A DNA stretch of 51,844 bases, the filler included, from Sphacelaria rigidula (lineage: Eukaryota), in assembly GCA_964200075.2 (NCBI GenBank). It is 3 parts of 3 records of this genome, joined end to end, with 100 filler letters (N's around TTAATTAATTAA, not from the genome) between each part and the next. Parts side by side here need not be neighbours in the genome. Positions count along the whole stretch, not along the records: positions 34,634 to 51,844 come from CAXNAA020001140.1; 2 more parts are not named here. One strand, 5' to 3'. The notes beneath the pieces are model-generated. The model searched no databases, was not told the DNA's origin, and saw only the letters and a program-made list of their open reading frames with translations. Below are positions 35,930-48,952 of this stretch, piece after piece. The number at the start of each line of letters is the position of its first letter. Within the stretch, counting starts at the first letter, position 1. The translations under genes were made by a program, and so were the position numbers.

Positions 35930-36515
35930 CTAATCTGGATCACGCACACGTTTTTCAAGTGTAATTAATGGCGATTTAGTAGGTGACCTACCCTCGCGGC
36001 CAAAGGGGTTAATCCTTGGACTGGGATGCGCGTAGTCCATCTGGATCACGATACCTTTCTCAAGTGAAATTGATGCCGATTCAGCAAGTGACCTACCGTC
36101 GCGGTCAAAGGGTTAACCGTTGAGCTACAAATGCTCATGGTTGATGTTACTTGATTTGAGTGTGTACGACGAGAATCAGATCTTTAGTGGGGCTAACAGT
36201 CCCGTGCGCTCCTCGCATGCGCAAAACACGTTTTCGTGTCAATCGGCGCCATAGACACCTACCTATTTGGGGTCTACCAAGGCCGCACCTTGCCAAGGGA
36301 ATGCCATGTACCGCCCTTGCCCGAGGGTTCTCGGTATGCATTGAGTTGGTATCAGGGTTAGAGGTAGCGGTACTCGTAAATTTTTTTAACCATGAACATT
36401 TGTAGCCCAACGCCGGTAAACCTTAGACCGCGATGCGGGTAGTCCATGTGGATCACGCATACCTGTCCCAGTGAAATTGATGGTGATTCAGCACGTGACG
36501 TACCCTCGCAGTCAA
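35930..36515. mobile_element. Cluster of piggyBac-like MITEs: three ~100-bp units plus a 300-bp element (36117-36416)
   Basis: TTAA at 36009 and 36113 separates units; CGTTGAGCTACAAATGCTCATGGTT / AACCATGAACATTTGTAGCCCAACG TIRs; 100-bp units homologous to 6483-6688. Confidence 0.8.
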
Positions 36516-37639
36516 ATAAGATAGATAGGGTCAACTAGCCTCGTTCCATGAGTGTTTTCGTTGGGAGCACGTTGCTCTGTATTGTAGTGCTGAACGCTAT
36601 TACTACTCTGTCCCTCTCTCTGTATGCGTGACGACCAGTACTGTATCCGCTGCTTGAACCGACCATCGATGATGCGACAACCGCCCGTTAGTGGTGGAAT
36701 GGCCTAGCTTGACCCTGACACCCCGAGATCGCAACGGTACAACAGTGTTCCATAACCCACCGGGTCACGAAAGACCGACGCGCTGCAAGTTATGCGTCCA
36801 GTTATTGTGTCGATGCGGAGAGACTCGGGGACCATTTCCGGCGAGAAAGGGGCGTGGTCGTTGTGGCGTCCGTGGACGGCAAATGAGCGGGAAGAGAGCC
36901 GAATGTGTGGGCGCCATGGTTGGAGCTGGCGCGTAGACTCCCTTGCGCGTGATGTGCCGCATCAGGTACAGTGTAGAGAGCGATGGCCTAGCAGAGGTAC
37001 GTTTTCGGCCGATCGGTGGCCCAGATACGATACGATTGAAAAATAATTCCTAGATCAGGTACACCTTGGCGAAATTTGGCCTACAAAAGGTCAGCGGTTT
37101 CTCGAGGCGAGACGTCCATTTTCGCGTGGCCATATCTCTCGAGTAACATGTTTTTTTCCCGTTTATTTTTAGGGGCTGGGTTCCAACGGCCCCCCGGAAT
37201 GATATGCGTGGAAAATTCGGAGTGAAAGCGGTCAAAATGGCGTGTTTGGCTGTTTTCGCGTTCCTGGCCATTTTTCGTACTTCTCTTACGCAAAAAAACG
37301 AGAAGGTGTACTTTTCCTAGATCATTGCCCATATTTTCATCGTTCCACGTTCCAAAAAAAACAAACCGTCTGTACTCAATATTGCATGACTTACGGGCTG
37401 ACCGGTCATCGGGGGTCCTGTCACGTGTCAGCCCAGGTTCTTACTCTCCAAATTGCTTCGGTCGATCGAGCCTGTCCCGATCGTGTTTGTGAAGAAATGG
37501 ACAGTTTTATTTTTTAAAAATCTACCTACTCATTGCACCAGAGCCGAAAAACTGTGTTTCACGGTCAATAACACCCTCGTCATAAAGGGGGTATTTACCC
37601 GTATCGCCCGATAACACCATCTAACACTGAGTTGGGCAT

Positions 37640-38736
37640 TATGCTTGGAGGATGATCTGTTCATTGTACCAAAATCTACCGACGCTAGCAATCTCGAGTT
37701 CTATCGAAGAGTAGTACGTGAGAAAACTCCCGAAACACCCCTGAATACTTAGACCACCTTCTACTGTAGTCCGCGAAGGGGACATCTGTGGCGACACCGG
37801 AAGGACTAACTCGTTGTAGAGCATTCCCTCGAGTGCTGTTATCGAAGAAACCGGTCAAACGGCGCTCCAGGTCACGGAGTAAAGCTGGGCCTGGCTTTCC
37901 CCGAGGCGCGATCCAGATCCATAGCGACCACGAAACCGCCAAGAACTTGTATCAGAGCAGCGGAAATGTAGGGCGAACGACGGTTGATGGAGCAGTGCAG
38001 AAGATTATGAAGAGGAGTCTGCCAAACATCAACCCAGTCGAAATCTTCAAGCGCTGAGCACCCGTAGAGTCTGCTAGCTGAAGGACGTTTCGGACAGCAC
38101 GACGTATAGATGTGATTGGGGCAGAAGTGAACTGCCCCGAGACTTCTTTGTCGGCTGCAGGCATGGTTCTCACATGCCGACGTTTCTTCACATCCATCTG
38201 GATGTATTCTCTCTGAATGGCGGCGATGCGGGCGGACTTAGCTTGAGCGGCGGCCGCTGCTGCACTAGCTGCGGCCTGCTCATGGTCGGCGGTGGAAGCA
38301 GCCAGAGTGCGAGCCGAAGTGGAAGATAATAGTGTATCTGAGTTGTCGTCATCCGAAAGGCCTGAAGTCGACCCGAAACGTCTGCTAGACGCGGTGTAGC
38401 TCGACGTAGGTCGGTAGAAACTGACGGGGGCGAGTTCGTGGCAGACTAAATTCTGGGCTCGGTTGAAGAAGTGCTCGACAAGCCTCGGCTACAGTGTGTC
38501 TTGTTCCAACCGCGGGTGGGACGGGCCACACGGCGTGGTTGGGTCTTCCCAGAGAAGGAGCTTCTATCTCCGTGGTGGTTGCGAGAACCACCGCCGCGAT
38601 CGCGGTCACGGTCGGCAACATCATGCCTGTGGCGTCGGCGACGAGGGGTCACCAGGATACAACCGTCACCACCTTGGCCTGTGGCGGACTCAAAGGCGGC
38701 GCGCAACGCGTCGAAAAGGTCGACAATCGACAGTTC
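37640..38736 (-). mobile_element. gag: Older Gypsy gag core fragment
   Basis: MDVKKRRHVRTMPAADKEVSGQFTSAPITSIRRAVRNVLQLADSTG and DLERRLTGFFD align with the ORF at 27879-29201. Confidence 0.9.
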
Positions 38737-38740
38737 TTAA

Positions 38741-41343
38741 CCCTTTTGGGACCGTTGATGGAAAATTGACGATTTAGATTTGACGCTTTTTCGGACAAGA
38801 AATGGTTGTTTTTCCACATCCTTTGAGCACACAATCCACACCAAGCGTGTTTTTTAGACCCATGCGAATGAAAAGGTGGGGAAAAAGAAGGTTCAATATT
38901 GGGCAATATACAAAAAAGGGTACACCCTGGTGCTTTTGGAACAATAAAGGGTAACGCTTTTTTCGCTTTGGGGCGCGGCGCTGCACGCTGGCTGAACGCC
39001 TCGAAAACACCCGATTGTACAGTCTGCGCCGTTCGCTTCAAGCGTTTTTGCTCCAAAACAGAATCCGATCGGTGTCCATCTCCGTTTCCGAGCCGCAAAT
39101 TGCAGATCCGGCAACGGTCTGATGTGTTGTCTCCGCATGATGTCGTTCGGGCTGGTGTGTCGGCAAGATGCTCACCCATGTCCGTTGGATCTTTGTGAGT
39201 TCCGGCACACAAGCGACCTGTATGCATCGTTGGATGTTCCGGGTCTTCGGAACGACCAACGGGGGGGCTACACTCTTCTGGTCGTTCAGTTTCGGCCTTT
39301 TTTGGTGGGGTATAATTTGACCGAAAATGGCTATGGTTGTACCTGCTCGACGTGACTTGTGTCGAGACGGCGGTACGGTCACCACTTCACAAAAAAGGGT
39401 CACCACGTCGCAAAAGAGGGTCAACAGGAAAGCAAAAAAGGGTAGGTATAACTTTTTAGCAGAGGGCAGGGTGTACCCTCCTGGTGTGCTTACAAAAAAG
39501 GGTACTTTCACAGGCTCTCATTTTCGGCGCCATAGTTCAGCCCAGTAACACTTGTGAAAATGAAAGAAAATGGACGAGTAGGCTGCCCAGACACGTTGGG
39601 TGTGGGGCTGAGGTGCTGAAACGTGTTTTCGAGGTGTTCAGCCAGCGTGCAGCGCCGGGTCCCAAGGGGGAAAAAGCGTTACCCTTTCTTGTTCCAAAAG
39701 CACCAGGGTGTACCATTTTTTATGTATTGCCCTTCTATATGTTACGGGTATGACGAATTTCGCGACCCTTCGGTGTTTTCTAACCCCCGCCAAAGTGCAT
39801 GGCTGAACTTTCGTGGAGCAATCTTCACGCCGCATATGCAGTAAATGCTTCGTGCCGCATCATGGCAAGCCTGCGCTCGAGTTGCAATAACAACGGCGAC
39901 GCCAACGGCACATTTACCTCAGCTATGCCCCCGTCTGCTGTATGTATTCGGAGACAGTCACCGTCAGGACCTGTTGGAATGTGTTCACCTACTCCTCTGT
40001 GCTGCGTGTGATCATGATATTTTCAACTTATTCCAAGTGTAAAGTCACGTCATGCACGTTACTGTACAAAGTCGCCCGCGTTTACACGGCACCACACTGC
40101 GCTTCGATCATTCCATAACGGCGACGAGGATGCCGTGTACCCCGCCGATATACATCCTCCTGGTGCAGGGTAGGCGGGGGCCGTTACTTTGGCATATGCG
40201 ATACAGGCTATCACTTCGTAGGCTGTGATCTTACCGCATACGTCATCCTGCGCTTCGTGCTGTACGTTTCCACGACAGCACCTCTATGTTGTGGGTTGAT
40301 CATACCCGAACGTTACAGAGCCCCACTTTTGTGCTGCGTGAGGGGTATTACTCCAGCTTGCGCTATCGCGTTCGGGCCGTCTGTCCTCGTGGGCGGCTTG
40401 AGGTTTCATGCAATGATATTACACACCTTCTGTCTTCTTACATGGAACACCGTGACATCGTTATTCACTTATATTGGACTGTAGTGAAGCGTCAAATGTG
40501 TTTGCTGACTGTAGTTATAGTTGGGTCAGGCTGGTTGCGAAAGGCTGTCCCGGTCGGTTGTCGACCTTTCCCCAGTATTTCGCCTATCTTGACGCTGGCA
40601 ATCACGTCCGCCTGATTTCTTCCACATAACCCTGTGTGCTTCGCAGCGTTTCCCTTGCTGCGGATGCTGTGCTGACGTTCGGTAAGCGAGCGGGGGGGGC
40701 GGTGTGCGCCGAGAGACAACGGGCTGGCCCAACTGCTCTTGCAGCTTTTTCAGCGAAACGCCTGGTAGCGTCCTGGCCGTACTTCTCAGCCACCTCTTCC
40801 AGCTGAACGTGAATTGTATACGGGTCGTTCTTCAGCGCTTCCACATGTGGCGACGGGATTTCCACTTGCTCCGCCATATCATTGTCGCCGTACAATGTGG
40901 CCCCCTACGCTTGCCAACTCTTGATGATGCAGCCCACCAAAATGATGAACCACTCAAAATTTCGAGTATACAAGTGCGCCACTCAAGGTTCAAGTATACT
41001 GATGTGACATATTCGCGCACCGAACTCGAGTTGGGGTATTTCACAGATTCCCACTGACAAAAACCACACATATGAGAGTTTGTACTGCTTTCCAAGAGTT
41101 TTGTCAATGCACACAATTGGACACACTTCGCCCGTCGCATGATATCATTGGACAAACCCAACCCGACCGCTCCGGGGTGGTAATTTCGGTACATCCATGA
41201 CGCATGCTTCTGGAATTTTCTGTAGTCTCCCACAGTAAAAATGGTTGCCGTCGGTCTTTTCTGTTTCCATTTTTCCTTATTTGTCACAAGTTGAAATGAT
41301 GAGGCCTCTGGCCCGGGGACAGGAGGAGAGGGTTTCGGAAGCG
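38741..41343. mobile_element. 2.6-kb TTAA-flanked insertion (piggyBac-like) splitting the older gag
   Basis: TTAA at 38737-38740 and 41344-41347. Gag homology stops and resumes at these points (...THHHP | ELSIVDLFDALRAAF versus NHHTYVDAIIQLFAALRVAY). TIRs are weak and no transposase was recognised. Confidence 0.65.
38901..39732. mobile_element. MULE-like non-autonomous element with ~110-bp TIRs
   Basis: GGGCAATA...GGTACACCCTGGTGCTTTTGGAACAA.AAAGGGTAACGC...CCTCGAAAACAC is inverted at 39623-39732; 9-bp TSD TTCAATATT/TTCTATATG (7/9). Confidence 0.8.
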
Positions 41344-41347
41344 TTAA

Positions 41348-43300
41348 GGGGTGGTGATGTGTTGGATGTGACGGGCTAATTAATTGACCGATGGTGAGCG
41401 AAGAACGATCGTCGGGAGGACAGACCTCGTCATGGTCCAGGTGGGAAAACACTGGGTTGTGAAGTGGTCGAACGAGCGCCAACCAAGCCTCGCGAGAGCT
41501 TTGCAAGGGGTTTAGTAGGGTGTACTTGCCCGAAAGACTGCGCAGAAAGCGTGAGCCAAGGGATCTCGTCGCGGTGGAGGGAGAGGCGGCGCGGTGCGGT
41601 GCCGGGGTCGGAGCGGGTGGATGAAGTAGGTGGGGGTGGGTTGGGGTGAGAGCGAGAAACGGCTACGGCGTGAGCGGCTCGGGGCTGCTCCAAGCGGGAG
41701 TCAATTCTCTGCAGCCTCGCGGCAGTACACTGTATGTAGGCCTTCTGACTGGCGGCCTCACTATCCCATTCTTGCGCCATCGCGTGAATCTCCGTCAGCG
41801 AATGTTAAGCCGCTGTAAGTGCGTTTTCGACTCGTGAGCGCTCTCTCTCTAGTCCGCGGAATGTAGCGTGATACTCCTCCGTGAGAAGTGTAGACGCCGC
41901 TATATCTGCATTGCGTTGCCAATTGACGAAATAAGTCATCACGGCTGGCGCTTGGAGAGCATACACGTGTATGAGTTGTTCTTGGGCAGCGCGGCCATGG
42001 GCTATGGACATACGTGGGAGCAGCCCGAACGGGTAGTACTCCGGACCCAACTGTGGGCGATCCTGCTGTGGTAAAGGTGCAGGGATGGGCGGCGCGACAG
42101 TAGATGCAGTAGGGTTTGAATCAGGTGCGACTGCACAAGGGGCCCGGGAGCCAGTGCGGCTGCCGCTACAGTCGGTGTCGGCGACGGTAGCGGTGGGGGC
42201 GGTGGGGGCTGCGGTGGAGAATGGAGATGTGGGGTTGTCCATGGTTGTTGGTGGTGCTGTGCGCTGCAAGCTGGCAAGTTGTCGCCGCAAGGAAGGGATG
42301 ACTGCAGGGTCAGGGCGGGAAGAGACATCGCGGTTGGAGCGAGCCCGTCGACGACAACGCATGAGGCATAGGGCAGTTGATCACTGGAACGCGCTTCCTG
42401 TGCTGAAGGGATATCTGAAAAGATATCCCTCATGTCGTCGGCGTGCACAGTAACATCATTACGTGGGGATCGCCGACATGAAAAAGCCGTCGAGTTAGTA
42501 GAAACACGGGAGGAACGAGAGGTGTCTCAAACTGCCGCCACGGCGGTGCGTCGGTCGGTCGGTTCCGTCGGCGGCGTACCGAAGGAAAGGCGACGTGTGG
42601 GGGTGAAACCCGAGGTCCAGCGCGTGGGGGCGCGGATTGTCGGGACTGATTTTCTACAGCAACTGGCATGTTGACGGGAGCCGGATGGGAGCGGGGCAGA
42701 GTATTGCATATGAATTGCGGTGCCGCGGCCAAATGTATGACGGGATCAGCCACCGGGGCTGAAGACGTGCGCTCTGTGTTCTGCAGAGCAGAAGCAAAGA
42801 CAGCAGCTGAGGGATCAACACCAGTTGATGAGGTACATGTAGTTGCGGTGGTCGGCGTAGGAAGTACCGACAGGGCAGCGCCGACAGTAGTGCCAGCGGG
42901 CAGAGGTTCGGTCATGGGTGCCACCTGCATGACGAAACGGTTCGGTACTGAAGGCTGCGCGACCAGACCCCCGCTGACTGTAGTGTCAGAAGATGTGGAT
43001 TCGACTACAGGTGCCACCAACGTGGTAGGGGATCGAGACACAGCGTGTTAGGGAAGGGTCATCACTGACGGTGGTATCAGGTGGCGGGGGCTCGACCACA
43101 GGTGCCACCAGCGTGGGAGAAGGTTTTGACACAGAGTGTGTCAGATTGAGACCATCACTCCTACCGTCGACGCCAATTGTCAAGGTGTTATCAGGGCGTG
43201 CAACGACAAGGCACGCGGATGAGTTGGACAGATCGATTGTTCCAGTGTTCTCTACTAAGACGTATTGGTTGTGTCCACAACGAGTCAACACCCCAATATC
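41348..43300 (-). mobile_element. gag: Older Gypsy gag N-terminal extension fragments
   Basis: SRPDPAVIPSLRRQLASLQR, LGPEYYPFGLLPRM, QEQLIHVYALQAPA, QRNADIAASTLLTEEY and SREAWLAL...SLTIGQL align with 29330-30478; left boundary firm, right boundary approximate. Confidence 0.8.
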
Positions 43301-43732
43301 GTTTCACACAATAGTAGGTTGATCTCCCTTTGATCTTCAAGACTCTTGTTCACTCGTATTCTTCATCGCTGCTCAATGATCTTCCACGTCGCTCACCGGA
43401 CTACAGCAAGCTTTGCAATGTACTCCACGGTCGCAAGTGTTTCGGGAGCTGAGACGCTCGCTGACTACACCCTCCCTTTCAAAATCACACCCGGTCTGAT
43501 CAAGCCTGATCAGACCTGCAATGCCAGTCCCGGATTTGGCCATAAACGCCTTCTAACCTCATGCTAGGTACCCTGCCGCTGTACTCCTGAATTAATTGGG
43601 TCACTGCAATCTAGGGTAGTACGGGCCACATCAGCTCAACACCGACAAACAATCGAATCAGTAAGTGTCTGCTGAACAAGTCAACCTTGAAGGATAAACC
43701 TGGTATACTTGGTCATGGGAACACGCAATTTT

Positions 43733-44472
43733 CAGGGCTGTTTACGGTGCGTCCCCCCCCCATGGTGCGGTGCTCCGTCTCGAAAGGGATGCGTGGTCAC
43801 TGGTCGAACGACTAAGGCAAACAACAAATGAGTACGCCCCCATGGTGCGGTGCGATGTGGTGGGTTATTCAAGAACCGCACCGCATCGTGAAGAGTTTGC
43901 CCTTTGATAGACCACACCGCATCGCACCGTGACAAACAAACGCACCGCGGAACGGTTTTAAATCGTGAACACCCTTATTCAATGCTCACACCAGTGATGT
44001 CCAAAGTGAGTTCTTCTCCCCGTGTGCGACGCAATGCGGTGCGTCTCTGGAAAACCTCGCCGCACCGTGACGAGTGAATGGTGATACGATTCGGGGGGGG
44101 GTTGGTTGATCCCACCAAAAGCAGGGACTCACAGGTGTGTCATACGACCTAACTACTCTTAGTGCGTTTATATGTGAGTGAAAACAGTGTCAAGAAGTAT
44201 GAATGCGCGTGTTAATTGCTCACCAGCACATTAAAAAAAACGTTGCTGCCTTCAACGACGACTTGAGGTATAATTTCGGGGAACAAATGACCCAAAATAC
44301 CCTTCCCCCGTATCGTAGCAGCATCAAATTAAGCTTGCCGTCTTAAAACTGCATCGCACCGCGTGGCAATTAGAAAACAATGGAAATAGCATCGCACTTA
44401 ACCGTGATGAAACATAAAGAAATGAATGAGTAATGCACGCCAATACGATTCTCTACCCCATGAACACCCCTC
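43733..44472. mobile_element. hAT-like MITE with (GGTGC)/(GCACC) subterminal repeats
   Basis: CAGGGCTGTTTACGG ... CCATGAACACCCCTC ends; 8-bp TSD GCAATTTT/GTAATTTT. Confidence 0.75.
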
Positions 44473-47400
44473 GTAATTTTGTTTTTTTTCGACCAACATT
44501 ACAAAGTGCAGTCATTTGCCACAGCCACCCTTCAAAACCAGAGGCCAATCAGTCGTAGAGTTTCGGAGGCACGGCACCCTCCAGATAATACACTCATCAC
44601 ACTAAGATATAGCCCATGTAAACAACGTCATGTTCGAAGGATCTAGTGAAAACACCCGTGAGCAACTCCAACTCAGCTGGAAAAGGTGATAAATCATGAG
44701 CCGCCTTAGCATGTCGAAGATCCTTACCAGCGTAGGGGTTCCTGGCTTACGCATTTAGCACACGCCCACATGCATACCATGCAGACGACACTGTTTGTAC
44801 CATGGTCATTGCAGGCCGATAGCATCCTGTCGTGATCCGGCGGTTCAGGTGTAAAGTCTTGAGCTCGCTAAAGAGGGCTACACGGGGTCGACCCAAATCG
44901 GTCTAATGTCTTATTGTTGAGGGAACGTTCGCGCTTCGTCTGCCTTGAGTTGCCTTCCTCGCGATAATTAAAATTTAATTTCCACAGCTGGCAACAGATG
45001 GACATGCCGGTGTAATTCTTCCTACTGTAGTGCCTTTTCTGTCACACTTGGGGCTTCAGCTGGGACTGGGATCTGTCGTGACGTGCCTCCTTTTTGTGTG
45101 CGTTCCACGTTGGGTTTTTTATTAACATGGGCGATAGTAACCGAAGCCGAGTGTCTGAAATGTTTTGACCTTCTTGGCTGAAACTTTTGACCCTACTTGC
45201 TTCGTTCACACGATAACCGCTCCGTTTACAAGGACGGTCACCACGTGTTATTTTTCTGCATGTTCATGATATTTTGTTTTCGCTGTTGCCCAGCGTACTC
45301 CTGGTTTTGTAATTATTTTGGTTTTGGTTTTTGCGTCCATGTCGGGAAATTCGCCATGAGTGTTCCAACGTTCCTGACCCTCGAGTCTGGAACACTTGGC
45401 CTACTTTTTTTTCGTAAGTCCTGCACACGTGTGGCCGACCTTGTTTATAGGAGGGTCACGTGTAGTGCGACGCAACGGATGATTTATACTTTGGTGATTG
45501 GTAAGTTACAACGAGGTCACCACTGCCCGCGTCCTACGTAACGATATCGAGGAATTGTTCTTGAAGTCGCGGTATAATTGGTAGCAAACGTCTCCTCATA
45601 CAGGACCATTACGTATCATGATATGATAGATTGCTATTTCGGAACTGTCCGTTCCGCAATGTGGATATTTGACGATTGGTGCAGCCTACAGGCTCAGAGT
45701 CCGCCACTCGCTATTTTTCTTGTCACATTTTTCCAGTTCTTTGCGTACGGTTACCCGCTCATGAAATCGGTCGGTGATGTTTTGTTTTTCATCAGGTATT
45801 TTTGGACGAAGTAACATGGCGGTACGACCGGCTGTGGTTTTTATTCCAGTTTGTATTCGAGCCAGTCACGTTTTAGTCCGGACGGACAAATACTGTGAGG
45901 GGTGGACTGCGTGAGTCTTCTCTGTCGCGTGTATTTGTCGTGGTTCAGAAATGTGTTGGAAGATCCGCCCCGGAGCTACGTAGTAGCCCCGATGGTTGTG
46001 TATTGTAGATTACGTTTCTTTTGACGTGTACGGATACCCGACCTCACAAACCGACTGGTTGTTTTCGTATCTCGTCGTGTGAGAAACAAAAATAAAAGTG
46101 CTGTACGACTGGATCCTCACGCAGACGTTTGTAGCAAGTCGTTGCTCTCACATACATGAACCGACAATTAACTCACGTCAAACGGATTGATTCGTCCGTA
46201 TCATGCGTACTTCGTTTTTTTTCAACGTACGGTTTCCGCGGGAAACTACCTTTTTCACGACGAAATCGGCTGTACGTGTTTGGCTTTTGCTGATTGACTG
46301 GGACGAGTGATTAGCATGAACTTGGTTCTCGGAGTGAATAATGCCTTGGCGGGCTCGCTTGTTTTTCACCAATGAACCGAAACAAATCGGACGTCCGGAA
46401 AAGAGTGAACTATTATATTCATGGTATAGTTATGGCAGGGTGTGATTGTCGTTTCAATGATGGGTCTCTAATTTCATGTGGCTATCCCGGAAATGCTCAC
46501 GGCATTCTGAGGACAGCATTTTGTTTTGGGGGGTGCATATGGTTTTGTTTTATTTTTTATTTTTATTTTTTTGGATTTGCCATGATTCCGTCTGAAGTGC
46601 TCACGGAATATGAGGACACTGTATTCTTGTATCGGTTCTCTTTCCTTCTTTTGCCTTGTTACTTGCGTTTTGCGTTTTTTTTTGCTATTTTTGTATTGGT
46701 CGTACCTTATCGCTCCCCGTACCAAAGAATACCTACTCTTGGAAATAAGTCTCAGTTTTCTGTGGTGTGGGAGTGGTGTGGCTCGATGCAAGTTCGTCCC
46801 TTTTGAAAAGGAACTGCACCTGAACAATCCGGGGTGGGCTCTTGTGATGGTATATGACTGCGTGCGAGAATTAAACTAGTACCGTGGGATATCGCGACCG
46901 ATTGACAAACGATCGGCGGGTATACAAAGATTCTCGTCGAATGTGTGCTTGTAAAGTAGATATATAAGTGGGCGTTATAGATATTGTTGCTCGTTTTTAG
47001 GAATCTGTAGACTGGTCTGCGCATCCTTCGTCGTGCGATTACGAACGTTACTACGGACGCTTGACTAGCCACAGCATGGCGCGGCAGGCTGATTTTGTAA
47101 TATGACAGGGTTGTACGCGAGGCATGGTGAAAAGTCACGCGGCACTCTGTGCTGCGACTCCCCTCCTGTTGACTTGTGTCCCAGACCAGCAGCCTATATC
47201 TATTTGGATACAGGGTTGCCGTAGAAAACTGATCGAAAGAGTCTTCAAGCATCGCCTCCCTCCTTATCTCTTCAGTTCTACCGGTCTTCAAGCCCACAGC
47301 TCGGACCACGTAGGTTGTGCGACTTGTTTGTATTTTCCCTTTTTATATCCTTCGCTCCTGCTTACCTGAAAGGCTGACTGGAATTTCTCCACAGCAGAGC

Positions 47401-47769
47401 CGAAAAGCTAGTAACCCAAACCGAACACAGGACCGCTTGCCAACATCCCTAAAGGGAGTGGCTTGCTTGTGTCGACGTGACGGCATTACTGCTCTGCGGT
47501 AGTGCCTTTACTGTCACAGACGCTGCCCAATATATACCTGATGGGACAAGATGTGTTCAACCCCACGGTACTGATATATATTGGGCGGGCAATATGTATG
47601 CGGTCCCACGACTTCAAGATGTATATATATTGGGCGCGCAATACGTGTGCGATCCAAGGGTACCAATATATGTTACGCCGGCAATATATCGCAAAATTTC
47701 AGTATGATCGACTAATATATATATTGGAAACATATTGTTTTGTCCAGGGTGTGAAATATTCGAGCGCTA

Positions 47770-48952
47770 TATTCAACAAAGTTTTCGTGGGGTTGAGAGC
47801 GAAGTAGTTCATCGAGCTTGAAATCTGCGACGGGCTCTAGCCCGACGGATTCCAATTCTTTTTTCTCTAGCGCATAGCCTGGCTTGTTGTGGGTAAATGC
47901 CGATGCCTTTCGCTGGTCAGGCGCACAGTCCGATGAGAAGTTACTGCAGAAGATTTCAAGGGTAGGTCGAGTATAATATACTCAATGGCGGGGTATTTTG
48001 GAAGACGTTCTTGAGGTACTCAAATTAGGGTAGAGTGTTACGGGTCGCACCCAAAAAATAACTGGAAAGAGATCCCTGAAACCCTACCCCCAATTTGTGT
48101 ACTTTAAGTACGACTTTACAATACCCCGCGATTGAGTTTTCTCTACTCGACTTGGCCTTGGAAGATTTATTTCTGCCTGCAGGGGCATTTCCGAGGTGAT
48201 TTTCATTAGTCATTCATCTAATGTCCTGGAATAAATAGTTCCGATGTTGCTCTCAGATGACAGGGTCATTGCCATCGAGCAAAATATCGACTTTATCCAA
48301 CGTGCAGGAGATTGCATTCAAACCGCTGCTCGACTGGCCCCCGGGGCATCATTCACCAGTGAACAAGGATCGAAACACTGGGCGCGTTCTCGATTCTTCT
48401 CGTTCGTGCTAGTGGAACTAATATCAAGTTGCTCCTACGAAGAATTCGATTCTACTGAACTTCTCGATGATCGGGAGCAGCGTATAACGTTTGCGTGGGA
48501 TTGAGAGCAAAGTAGTACGTTGAAATCGAAATCTGCGATGTGTTGTAGCCCCAACAATTCGTAACTTCTTTCATCGCACAGCCTTGCTTGTTTCCGTAGT
48601 TGCTCCATGTGCCGATGCCTTACGCTGTTTCGGCAGAAAGATTAGTAATGTCAAGCTACAGCAGAAGATGCACATGCACCTTCGCCTGCAGGGGCATTTC
48701 CGTCGTGAAATTGCATTTTCATATAACGCCCTGCATGTAGTAGTTGCGATGTTGATCTCGAACAACGGGATTAGTGCGACCGAGGATAATACCGAGTTCA
48801 ATCTTGCGGCCAGAGTATTCGTATGAATTGCAGTATTCGCGCCATGATTGTCTGCACGGGAATACTGGAATTGCATTTGCTCGATACTGATGCCGATGTG
48901 AACGGGAGAACTTCGTTTGCTGCATGGTAATAGTTCGAGTGCAAATGGCCAT
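47770..48952 (-). pseudogene. Head-to-tail array of short paralogous ORFs of unknown function (best unit 48214-48697)
   Basis: Units start ATGCCCCTGCAG (48697, 48188), share SQIS.S..YFALNPT.TL, and end PV(V/I)..QHRNY..Q.(V/I).* (48719, 48214); many differences are synonymous. Confidence 0.65.
47957..48160. mobile_element. 204-bp palindromic hAT-like MITE
   Basis: CAAGG...CCTTG ends, ~80-bp imperfect inverted arms, perfect 8-bp TSD GAAGATTT (47949-47956, 48161-48168). Confidence 0.9.

Noticed and set aside
37051..37623. Possible TAGAT...ATCTA-ended element
   Set aside because: TIR match is weak and no TSD was found
45000..47300. Hydrophobic plus-strand ORFs, or a decayed LINE on the minus strand (TRIFV, QYLSV patches)
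   Set aside because: The ORFs reflect T-rich composition; LINE motifs are too degraded to support without a search
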